A program made the translations under genes and the position numbers. The notes beneath the pieces are model-generated. The model was not told the DNA's origin. It saw only the letters and a list, made by a program, of their open reading frames with translations, and did no database searches. This document shows, in pieces, positions 13,556 to 24,314 of a DNA stretch of 64,000 bases (position 1 is the stretch's first letter; every line of letters begins with the position of its first letter). Where the stretch lies: assembly GCF_006345805.1 (NCBI RefSeq), contig NC_043000.1:118978001-119042000 (forward strand), written 5' to 3'. The DNA comes from Octopus sinensis. Lineage: Eukaryota.

Positions 13556-13639
13556 ACTTTGTATCTTCTTTTTCATAAAATCTATAATATTCTACCTGTG
13601 TGCAAAAAAGAAAAAAAAATTATTTTTTTTCTGTTTCAG

Positions 13640-13783
13640 GTAAAGGCTATCACTCTCACTTCGGTCCCATTCGGAATTGAAAATGGTCTCATTTCAGCGA
13701 CACTGAAGAATAAACGATTCCAATTATTGAAAACTTTTCAGCAACAAGTTTCAGATATGTACAAAATCAGCAATGGTTCTTAG
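13640..13783 (+). CDS. ACSL: ACSL terminal coding exon (VKAITLTSVPFGIENGLISATLKNKR...NGS*)
   Basis: tttcag acceptor; F.IENGL.TPTLK.KR-like C-terminal ACSL motif; TAG stop. Confidence 0.93.
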   Translation, partial: VKAITLTSVPFGIENGLISATLKNKRFQLLKTFQQQVSDMYKISNGS

Positions 13784-14043
13784 GCAACATTTTTGTGTCC
13801 TTTGAGTCATTATAACAACATTTTCTCTATTTTCTTATACATCATTGTACCATACTTTCTCTCAATAGAATTTCTGCCACAAATTTATACTATTTGGTTG
13901 TCAGATGAAATTGTTTTGTTTTTGTTTCTCCTACTTGGTAATTCAATGCTACATGTCTGAAACGAAGTAAGATTCATTCAAACTTCTATAACGATAAACG
14001 AAAAGTTGTTGAGAAAGAGTAAAGCTACAAAACAAAAATAACA

Positions 14044-14049
14044 AATAAA
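14044..14049 (+). promoter_or_regulatory. Candidate polyadenylation signal of ACSL
   Basis: AATAAA about 260 nt after the stop in AT-rich sequence; another occurs at about 14112. Confidence 0.3.
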
Positions 14050-15028
14050 AGGCATATAACATTATAATATAAACAATTTGTGTTTATTCAAATAACATTG
14101 GAAAGGATTGAAATAAATGGAAGAAAAGGGAAACAAATTTATCTGAGAACCTAATAATTTGCTGTGATGAATGCTGTAAATGTAAACAAATACTTAAGTT
14201 TCCAAGGGGAAAATCCTTTAACAGCTCTTGATTATTCAATGAAGCCGTTTCACTTTTGCTAACACTACTAATATGTTTGGGAAAGGCTCACGATCACTAA
14301 CTTTACTCAGGATACTAATAATAATTTTTCCTTCTTGGAGAGAAAAATTACCGGGAATAGGGCATGTGTGGATTGAATTAATATAAGTAAATTACCTGTG
14401 ATAATTAATGATGACAGCAATGAGTCCCCATAATCCTTTATGTCATACAAGTGCAACTAGGAGAAATGATTGGCAGAGCTTAAACCTCCATAATAATTAC
14501 TGGTATTTGCTAGTACAAAAAAATATCTGTTTATGGTAACTTACTAAATAATTTGAAAGATAATAGAAACAAGTATGGTTACAGAGTTAATGGAAAAAAT
14601 ATCAAAATATCTGTTTAAAAAGGGTTTTTTTTTTACTTCCTTATAGTTGTTGTTATTCTTTAGCTCCTCAACAAAAAGCTGTTATAATTCAAGAAATATT
14701 TTTTATAATTTTCTCAATGTATTTTTTTAACCTTCAAAATGTATTTTTATAACTTTCAAAATGTATTTTCTATAAGTTTCTTCGGAAAATTAAAGTTATT
14801 GTTTTATAATTTACTTCAACACTTGTCTGTATTGCTTCATTTCATTGTGCTTATTTGGTAAGACAATCTCTCACAAATGTCACTTGTTTGTTTTTACCAT
14901 GTTTTCAATGCTTTTAAGGGTTTGGACAAGGATTTACGTGAAGCAGGATATTTATGGCCAGATGCTCTTGTTGATAACCATTATCTGTTTTCAAGTAAGA
15001 TGATATTTTTAATTGCAGAGGTTTGCTT

Positions 15029-15670
15029 ACAAAGACTTGTTGAGGCAAGTGAAATCAAATTCGATGACTGGCATCCGTGCTAGCAGAGTGCAAAGAGCAC
15101 CATACGAGTGTGATCGTTGCCAGAGCCGCTAACTGGCTTCCGTGCCAGTGGCACATAAAAGGCACCATTTGAGTGTGACCGTTACCAGCGTCGCCTTACT
15201 GGCACTTGTGCCCATGCTAGTAGGGTGCCAAGAGCACCATCCGAGCATGATCGTTGCCAGAGCAGCTAACTGGCTTCCGTGCCAGTGGCACATAAAAGGC
15301 ACCATTCGAGTGTGACTGTTACCAGCGTCGCCTTACTGGCACTTGTGCCCGTGCTAGTAGGGTGCCAAAAGCACCATCCGAGCGTGATCGTTGCCAAAGC
15401 CTTGGTAGATGGAAACTGAAAGAAGCCTGTCATAGATATGTGTGTGTTTGTGTTTGTGACTCAGTTTGTCCCCCACCACCACTTGACAATTGCTGTTGGT
15501 GTGTTTACATCCTTGTAACTTAGTGGTTTAGTAAAAGTGAATGATAAAATAAGTACAAGGCTTAGCAAAAATTAAATACTGGGATCAATTCATTCGACTA
15601 AAAATCCTTCAAGACGGTGCACCAGCATGGCCACAGTATAACGACTCAAACGAGTTAAAGAAAAAAAGAT
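15029..15670 (+). mobile_element. RTE 3' UTR fragment joined to a 5'-truncated SINE family 2 copy
   Basis: RTE tandem units 15029-15400, then SINE body and tail from gccttggtagatggaaactgaaagaagcc. Confidence 0.7.
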
Positions 15671-16165
15671 AACAGATTCACAGGAGAATGAAGACAGTAT
15701 ACCATCACCATCATTATAACCATCATCATTTAATGTTTGCTTCCCATGCTGGCAAGAGTTGGATTGTTCGATCATTTGTCAGATTCCAGTGAGCTACAAG
15801 GCCACTTGAAGCTTCAGTGCCAGCTCTGGTATGGCTTTGATGGTCCTTCCTAATGCCAACCACTTTACAGAATGTGCTGGGTGCTTTTGCCATGGCACAG
15901 GCACTAGTGAAGTTGCTGTGAAACTCGCAAGATAGAAAAAACACAGGGATATAAGTAAAATAAGGAAGATGAACAGCTTCTTACAAAGGAAAAAGGAAAG
16001 AAGCTTAGAAACCTTTATATATATGTGTGTGTGAACAATATATTATATATCATATGTATATGTGCCTATAAATTTATATAAATAAGGATAAGATCGTTAT
16101 TTAAATATCAAACTTATCAAGTGGACAGTATGGGAATAAAAACCTTCAAAGGTAATAATTATTAT

Positions 16166-16478
16166 TAAAATTATAATTTAGTGTATCTAAGAGATACCAC
16201 CACGCTTGAAATAGCAGCCAAAACTTGACTCTAAAACCACATTAAAAGTTTGTACAGCACCAGGAGAGAAGAAAAAAAAGACAAAATAAACTAGCAAAAA
16301 AATTACTAGATAATTCCAGATCCCGGATTTCTGACTTTGCATAAGAAATGCTTTGCCTCATCAGCGGAATATACACAGCATAGAACATATTTGAACTTTT
16401 AATGTGGTTTTAGAGTCAAGTTTTGGCTGCTATTTCAAGCTTGGTGGTATCTCTTAGATACCCTAAATTATAATTTTA
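16166..16478 (-). mobile_element. Fold-back PLE-like insert: 85-bp inverted repeats enclosing a hammerhead
   Basis: 16166-16250 is the reverse complement of 16394-16478 (2 mismatches seen). Confidence 0.7.
16313..16370 (-). ncRNA. Type I hammerhead ribozyme (AUC site)
   Basis: AUUCCG-CUGAUGA-GGC..GUC-A-GAAA-UCC(g)GGA-UC-UGGAAU. Confidence 0.7.
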
Positions 16479-16486
16479 TATCTGCT

Positions 16487-16518
<32 letters not shown>

Positions 16519-16528
16519 GCTGAGTTCC

Positions 16529-17095
16529 ATTTGAGCATTGAGCCTGATGGAGGCAAGGTGGTTCCTTTCAAGTGTTGGGCCTCACAGAGGCGAGGTGGAT
16601 TAGTTCATTTCGAGTGTTGGGCCTCATGGAGGCAAAGTGGCCGAGTTCCTTTTGAGTGTTGGGCCTCATGGAGGCAAAGTAGCCAAGTTCCTTTCGAGTG
16701 TTGGGCCTCACAGAGGCGAGGTGGCTTAGTTCCTTTCGAGTGTTGGGCCTCATGGAGGCAAAGTAGCCGAGTTCCTTTCAAGTGTTGGGCCTCACAGAGG
16801 CGAGGTAGCTTAGTTCCTTTCGAGTGTTGGGCCTCATGGAGGCAAAGTGGCTGAGTTCATTTCGAGCATTTGGCCTCATGGAGGCAAAGTGGCCGAGTTC
16901 CTTTCGAGTGTTGGGCCTCACGGAGGCAAAGTAGCCGAGTTCCTTTTGAGTGTTGAGCCTCACAGAGGCGAGGTAGCTTAGTTAATTTCGAGTGTTGGGC
17001 CTCATGGAGGCAAAGTGGCCGAGTTCCTTTTGAGTGTTGGGCCTCATGGAGGCAAAGTAGCCGAGTTCCTTTCGAGTGTTGGGCCTCACGGAGGC
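16529..17095 (+). repeat. 42-bp minisatellite, about 13 copies, two alternating variants
   Basis: Unit agtgttgggcctca(tg/ca)gaggc..gttcctttcg; no unique spacers. Confidence 0.95.
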
Positions 17096-17393
17096 AATGA
17101 CCAAGACCTTTGGCCTTATGTCATGCTTGAGAAGAGACCCATGAAACTGAGCAAAATTGCAGTTGTGGCTGATGTCATTGTCATGCAAATGGCAAACAGC
17201 CGGTGGCACATAAAGGCACTCATTACGCTCTTAGAGTGGTTGGCATTAGGAAGGGAATTCAACTGAAGTAAACCAAGCTAAATTAAACTGAAGCCTGGCA
17301 CAGCCTTTTAGCATGCCAGCCCAGTCAAACCGTCCAACCTATGCCAGTATGGACAACGGACGTTAAATGATGATGATGATGATCATGATGATA
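17075..17393 (+). mobile_element. RTE LINE 3' end with (GAT)n tail
   Basis: gaggcaatgaccaagacctttgg matches the RTE ORF end at about 58810-58860; terminal block and tail follow. Confidence 0.7.
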
Positions 17394-17644
17394 ATATAAG
17401 TATATATATATATCTTTATATATTAGTCAATTTAGGGTAGCAAAAAATTCAATAGAAATTTATCGCTACCAGCGGCCTAGTGGAAAAGAGAAAATAGTCA
17501 AAGACTAAATATATAAATATAACAATTTAGGAGTGACCCTTAACAGGCCATTCGTCCACCAGAAAGAGCAGCCATAACTCACACCGCCAAGTAGTAGTAA
17601 TTCAGAAATTAGGTGAAAATTTAAAAACATTTACCCTAATTCAT

Positions 17645-17744
17645 CTTTTAGACGATGCATCGTTTCTGTGTTATTAATGATTAAATTAGCTTAATTAAAT
17701 TAAATTAAGCCAATCTACCATAGGTCACACTTCATCAGTAAAAA
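17645..17744 (-). ncRNA. Type I hammerhead ribozyme (GUC), extended stem II
   Basis: UUUUUA-CUGAUGA-aGUGU..long hairpin..ACACa-GAAA-CGAUGCAUCG-UC-UAAAAG; palindromic stem III. Confidence 0.7.
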
Positions 17745-18116
17745 ACCTGGGAGAGACAAATATACACGAGGCGTCTGTATCGATGCCTCCGGAATATCTG
17801 TCTTAAAATTTTCAAGACCGACGTATTCGCGCCAAACTTATCAGCAGTAAATATAAACTGCCGATTCAATCTCAGAATTATTCAGAAAATTATCAATTAG
17901 TCAATTTAGGGTAGCTGGTAGCGATAAATTTCTATTGAATTTTTTGCTACCCTAAATTGACTAATTGATAATTTTCTGAATAATTCTGAGATTGAATCGG
18001 CAGTTTATATTTACTGCTGATAAGTTTGGCGCGAATACGTCGGTCTTGAAAATTTTAAGACAGATATTCCGGAGGCATCGATACAGACGCCTCGTGTATA
18101 TTTGTCTCTTCCAGGT

Positions 18117-18216
18117 TTTTTACTGATGAAGTGTGACCTATGGTAGATTGGCTTAATTTAATTTAATTAAGCTAATTTAATCATTAATAACACAGGAACG
18201 ATGCATCGTCTAAAAG
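18117..18216 (+). ncRNA. Hammerhead copy with GAAA changed to GGAA (probably inactive)
   Basis: Same motif as 17645-17744 except G at 18196. Confidence 0.6.
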
Positions 18217-19156
18217 ATGAATTAGGGTAAATGTTTTTAAATTTTCACCTAATTTCTGAATTACTACTACTTGGCGGTGTGAGTTATGGCTGCTCTTTCT
18301 GGTGGACGAATGGCCTGTTAAGGGTCACTCCTAAATTGTTATATATCTTTATATATATAAAATTGAGAATGTGTGTCTGTGTGTTTCCCTAAAACTTGAG
18401 AACTACACAACCAATTTCATTCAAATTTTACACATGCCTTACTTAGGGTCCGGGGAGTGTCATCGGCAATTTTTTAATTTTTTGCCTCGGGCGAGCCCAC
18501 AGCAATATCATATCTTCTCCACTACGATTCCCTAAAACTTGAGAACTAGACAACCAATTTCATTCAAATATTACACATGCCTTACTTAGGGTCCATGTAG
18601 TTTCATGGGCAAGAAAAAAGTTCAAATTCTTGTCTAGAGCGAGCCTATAGCAATATTATATCTTCTCCACTATTTCAGTATTACGTGTTAAAAGTGAAAC
18701 AAAAATATTTCTCTATTTTATGTCAGATGCTTTCACTTTAACAATAAAAATAATAATAACAATTTAATTATATGTAGTAGGAAATAATTTAAATCAAACT
18801 AAAGTATATTATAATCGTAACATACAAAAGTAAAAATAGCAATTGGTATAAAATTGCATCAATGATTTGAACTTGAATAAGTGGTTTCACATGAATGGGA
18901 AGAAATTAAAAATATAATTAGCGTGCAGAAATGGAATAGTCCAGATGGATAATCAAAAATTAAATTAAAGAAAAGACTATTGTCTATAAAGCATACAATG
19001 TAGAGAAAAAAGAAGAGCTGACAATCGCAGTTTTAATCGCGTGTGTTAAGTAATTGTTAATTTTGTATATAGAAATTGAAAAAAATTTGAATCGCGCGAG
19101 GCATTTGCCGCTGCGCGTTAGAAACTTTTTGTAGAAAGTGCGCCGACCCTCAAGTC

Positions 19157-20592
19157 ATGGAGACTTACGCGGGGGTCGCCGCAATGAAAAGCGATACGCC
19201 GCTGACAGTAAGAGAGGTGTTCTTTAAAAAAGAACAGCTAGAGGAATTTGAGAAATTCATTGAAAGGGAGGGTGACAGAGTGAAGCTGGTCCCCCCTGCT
19301 GAAGCAAAGGAGGAAAAAGAGGACAAAACTATAATTTATAGGACACAGGACACGACCACACGAAAGCTATCAAGAATAGCAATAGAAGACATAGAAAAAT
19401 GTCTGGACGACGTTATGAAAAAGGCTACCTTTGTGTGCAGAGGCAAGAAATATGGTACGGTGGAGGTGAGGTACGCAACAAAAGAAGTTGCGGCCTCGCT
19501 AGCTACCACCGTACTCAGAACCGAAAACTTCGTCATGTAGCCTACCTACAAGGGAAAAGAGGGGTACGGGTTAAAATCCCAAATATACCCCCAGATTTAA
19601 AACCAGAATGGCTGGTAACAGCCATCCTAGGATCAGCTGAGGAAGATATAGAAATTGGATCGATAAAGGAGACTAGCACAGTGAAATGGAAGGGATTCGG
19701 AGTAGAGATGTGGCTGACGACCACAAACAGCGATATAGATCGAATTCCCTTCCAAATAGAAGTAGAAGATGGTAGAACCCTCTCCGTAATCGTTGAGGGG
19801 AGGAAACCCAACTGTCATTTATGTGGGACAAGAGCTCACATTCAAAAAGAATGTCCGCTATACGAATTCGTGGCGGAGTGTGAAAAAGCAGAGGAAAACA
19901 AAAAAGAGAAAGAAAAAGAAACCGAAGAAGGGAACAATACTCTAAAGGAGAAAGAAAGCAAGGAAAAGGAAACAACGGTAAAAGGAAATAACAATACACA
20001 GAAGGAAAATGAAAGCAAAGGGAAGAAATTAATAGAAAAAGAACAAAAGTCACAGGTAATAGAGAAAGAAAAAGTAAGTAAAATAAAGGAATGAGAAAAA
20101 ACAGAAAAAAAACAAGAGAAGGAACAGAATCAAGAGAAAGGAAAGGCTGCTACACAAAAAGAAAAAGAAAAAACAGGAAAAGAACATACGACAGGCAAAG
20201 AACCAAAAAGACAAGAGAAGGAAAAAGAAAAGGAAAGCAAAAAGAGAGAAAGAGAAAAACCGAGAGAGGAAGGTAAAGAAGAAGTAAGTCAGAAGAGGAA
20301 AACTAAAGAAAACATAGGGTCAAATAAAAGATACAAATTTTACGGAACATTGGTACAATATAGACACTGTGGGGAGATGGAGGAATTAATTAGTGAAACG
20401 GAGGGTTATTCATGGGTCAGGATGGGCACGGAGTGGAAGGAAACAGGTGCACTGGTCCATGAAGACAACGCCGATGCGTTTATCGAGGCCGCTGGTATGA
20501 ACGTAACAAGACACACGAAGTGCCGACTGCTAAGGTACCCACGTGAGATGGAAAATTACAATGACCTAAAAAAGGTAATGGAACTAATTTAA
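19157..20592 (+). pseudogene. ORF1-only unit A (LINE ORF1/gag-like, CCHC knuckle), disrupted
   Basis: TVEVRYA RRM-like region, CHLCGTRAHIQKEC knuckle, K/E-rich linker, C-terminal domain; TAG at 19538 and frameshifts. Confidence 0.8.
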
Positions 20593-21105
20593 AATTATAA
20601 GAAAACAAAAAAGAAAAAGAGAATTTGGAAAGACTTTTGTTTATTTCAAATGTATTTTGAAATCTTAAAGATGTATTGCGAAAGCTTTATATGTGAATTT
20701 GTGAAAACAATTTTTTGTAATTGATAATGTATTTTGAAATTATATTTTGAAATGTATTGAAATGTATTGCGAAATGCTGAAAAATGAATTTGTTACTTTT
20801 GAAAACATTATAAAATGTAATTAAAAACGACGAAATGTAACCACCTGATTTCGGGGATCGGTTGGGGCATTACACCACATTTATACATATTTCATATTTC
20901 ATTATTTTTTTTTCCCCGATTGTACTGTCCCCTCTATGTTCGCCCCTTGTGGGTAGTAATAAAATCATTGCAGTCTTAATCGAGTGTGTGTTGTTAGTTG
21001 TGACCAGACGGTGAATTTTTTCTGTGTAAATTGATTTGATATCGCGCGAGGCGTTTGCCTCCACGTGTGGAAACCTTCCGAAGAAGGTGTATTGACCCTC
21101 TAGTC

Positions 21106-22514
21106 ATGGCGACTTACGCGGGGGAACCGGAAAAAATAACGATTCGTCGATAATTGTAAGGGAGGTGTTCTTTGAGAAGGAGAAACTCAAAGAATATGAA
21201 AAGCTTTTCAAAAGGGAGGGTGATAGCGTGAAGCTAATCCCCCCGCGAAAGCAAAAGAGGATAAAGAAAGCAAGACGGTGACATATAGAACCCAAGACAA
21301 GAATACGAAGAAACTGGCAAGAGTGGAGATAGACGAAATTGAGAAATGTCTGGGAGACATAATGGGGAAAATAACCTACGTGAGTAGAGGCAAGAAATTT
21401 GGTACGGTGGAGGTGAGATGTGCAACGGAGGAAATTGCGGCCTCACTGGCTACCACCGTACTAAGAGCCGAAAAATTCACAATGTGGCCCTCATATAAGG
21501 GAAGAAGAGGGGTCCGGGTTAAAATCCCGAATATACCCCCAGAAGTGAAAATAGAATGGCTGGCAACAGCTATTCTAGGAGCAGCAGAAGAGGAAGTGGA
21601 GGTGGAATCAATTAAGGAGTCCAACGCGGTAAACTGGAGAGGATATGGGTTAGAATTGTGGCTTATGGCCACAAAAGAGGATATTGAAAGGTTTCCCTAC
21701 AGAATTGAAATTGAAGAGGAAAAAACCCTCAGCGTAATTGTAGAGGGGAGAAAACCAAACTGTTACTTGTGTGGGACAAGGGGGCACATTAAAAAAGAGT
21801 GCCCGTTATATGAATTTGTAGCGGTGTGCGAGCAGGAACTTGAAGAAAAGAAGAATACTATAAATGAGAAAGAAAGCATAGAAAAGGAAACAAAACAACA
21901 AGAGAAAGGAAATAATAAGTCAATGAAGGAGAAAGAAATAATAGAAAAAAAGAAATAGAACCAAAACAGAGTCAGGAAAAAAAAAGGAAAAAGAAACAAT
22001 AGGAAAAAAACAAGAGAGAGATCAGAATCAAACGAAAAGAAAAGACGGCATACAAAAGGAAAAAGAAAATACAGGAAAGGAACATAAAGCACGAGAGAAA
22101 GAGAAAACAGACAAAGAGCCAAAAAGACAAGAGAAGGAAGGAGAAAGAAAAGAAGGCAAAAAGAGAGAAAGAGAGAAACAAAGAGAGGAGAACAGGGAAG
22201 AAATAAGCCCGAAAAGGAAGATGAAGGAAAACGCAGGATGGAAACAAGATTACTATTACTACAAGTTAGTAACCTACCATTTCTGCCCTGTAATGAATGA
22301 CTTGACAAGCAAAACGGAGGGACATATATGGGTCAACAGGATGACCGACCGGTGGCAGGAGACTGCTCTAATCCCCGAAGAAAGTGCCGCTGAGTTCCTC
22401 AGAGCTGCTGGGGAAAATGTAATATTTTACACGAAGGTTCGAGTAAGAGAGCGGCTGCCTGAGGATTCAGTGATGGACTTCAGAGGAGTAGAAAAAATCA
22501 TAGAATATATGTAA
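21106..22514 (+). pseudogene. ORF1-only unit B, paralogue of unit A, disrupted
   Basis: KKFGTVEVRCATEE, CYLCGTRGHIKKEC knuckle; same domain order and 3' tail as unit A. Confidence 0.8.
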
Positions 22515-23035
22515 AATTGTGAGAGGAAAAAAAAAAGAAAAAATTTGGTGAAATATATGTGATAAAACTGACGAAAATGTAACCTCTTGATTCCGGGGAT
22601 CGAGTGGACATTTACATCTCATTGTAAATATTCTTTCATATGCCATTATTACTTTTATTTTTTCCTTTTCTTGTCATTCGCTTTCTTATTTTAAGTTCCC
22701 CGATTGTATTGTCCCCTCTATGTTCGCCCTTGTGGGTAGTAATAAAATCATTCCAGTCTGTTATACGCCAGTCTGTTTTGACATTTGCTGCTACTTTGTT
22801 AATACCGGTTTGTTAATTTAATTACTGTTACTTTGATTGATATATTGTGTCTTTTGTATAAGACTGTCATTAGCCTTCGCGCGAAGGCTACGTATTTAAT
22901 TCCCCCCTGCAGGGGAATTATTGTGGAACATTTTGTGTGGAACACATTTAAAAATCTACACAAAAGGCTTGCGAAGCCTGAATTTTTTGAAGGCTTGTGA
23001 AAGCTAATTGAAATGCTTATTAAGCCATTTTCGAG

Positions 23036-24306
23036 ATGGATACCCCCATCTCCTATTCACCTGTGTCAGGTGAAGAAAGCTCACCGGCGGTGTCACCGAA
23101 AGCAGAAGCCCCAGCTAAGAAGTTTTCTGAAGTTGCGGGCAAGAAGCTGAAGACAATTAAAACAGAAAGAAGCAGCCTGGAAAAATACACAGCATGTCTA
23201 AAAAGGAAGGTACAGAAGTATCAGTAACGCCGGACGTCAGTAAGATGGAAGAGGTGGAAAAAAAAAGGATTATTTATAAAACGTACAACTCAACAACGAA
23301 GTCCATTCAAAGAGTGGAAGAAAAGAAAATCGAGTGTTGCCTAAAGACAATATGGCAGGAAATAACTTATATAAATCGTGGAAGAAGATTTGGAACGGTA
23401 GAGGTGAGGTTCAGGTCAGAAGAGATAGCTAAAAAGCTATCAACTGAACCACTAAAAGCCGATAATATAGTCCTCCTCCCCCTGTACAGAGGCAGAAGGA
23501 CCTCAAAAATCAAAATAAGAAACATTCCCCCAGAGGCAGATGCCACATGCCTGGTGGCGGCAGTCATGTTAGGCCTGGAGGAAAAAAATCAATATCCTCC
23601 AGGCTACAGTAGAGGAGGAGGAGCATTGGCAAGGCCAATGCATTTCAATAGTGATACAAACGGAAGTACAGACATTGGAAGAAATTCCAGAGACATTAAG
23701 GATCAGCGAGGAGGAGAGGGTGATAGTGTTTGTGGAGGGCAGAAAGCCGAGGTGCTTCGGCTGCGGTAAAAAGGGGCACGTGAGAGCGGAGTGCCAACCT
23801 AGACCGCAGGAAGCAGCACCGCCAGAAAAAGAAAAAACAAGAAAAGAGAAAACAGAAGAGAAAACACCAGAAACTACAGAAACCAAAGAAGCAACAGAAA
23901 CAACAAGCGGCGAAGAAAAGGAAAAAGAGGAGGGGTGGTCAAAAATTACCAAAAAAAAAAACGGAAAACAGAAACCACCCCTCAGAAAGAGAGCCAAAAA
24001 AAGAGGAAAGAAGTGACGAATACATTTATGGCCATTAAGGCTGCCAACAACAGGCTAATTAACGTTTTGGCAGCCATGGCCAAGGTGGAGAAAATTAAAA
24101 AAACAAAAGACTGTATTGTTTATAGAATAGGCGGGAAGGATTACGGACGGATAAAATCCGAATTCTTTCACGACGTGGGCCCTCTGAGATTGGATATATC
24201 TCCATATTTATACGAGGGCCTGCGTCGGACTCCCCCACGAGCCCAGGAAAAAAATAAAAGTGAAGAAGAAGAAAAACAAGTCGAACAAGTCGAACCACTG
24301 ATATAA
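23036..24306 (+). pseudogene. ORF1 of a Tx1/L1-clade LINE (frameshifted)
   Basis: RRFGTVEVRF, CFGCGKKGHVRAEC knuckle, spread over three frames. Confidence 0.85.
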
Positions 24307-24314
24307 GGTAAGTC

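Larger units (their letters stand above)
17424..18340. mobile_element. Palindromic PLE/retrozyme-like insertion with 16-bp TSD and two hammerhead copies
   Basis: TSD atatatctttatatat at 17408-17423 and 18341-18356; arms 17517-17915 / 17946-18344 with 2 mismatches seen. Confidence 0.85.

Noticed and set aside
13487-13639. N-terminal part of the 98-aa ORF 13487-13783 as coding
   Set aside because: It lies upstream of the splice acceptor and overlaps the inserted element and polypyrimidine tract; only 13640-13783 resembles ACSL
16529-17095. CRISPR-like periodic array
   Set aside because: The 42-bp units are contiguous with no unique spacers, no cas genes are present and the context is eukaryotic; it is a minisatellite
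22566-22620. CUGACGA plus a stem in the unit B 3' UTR as a hammerhead
   Set aside because: No GAAA follows the stem, and units A and C lack the CUGA; kept only as a conserved hairpin
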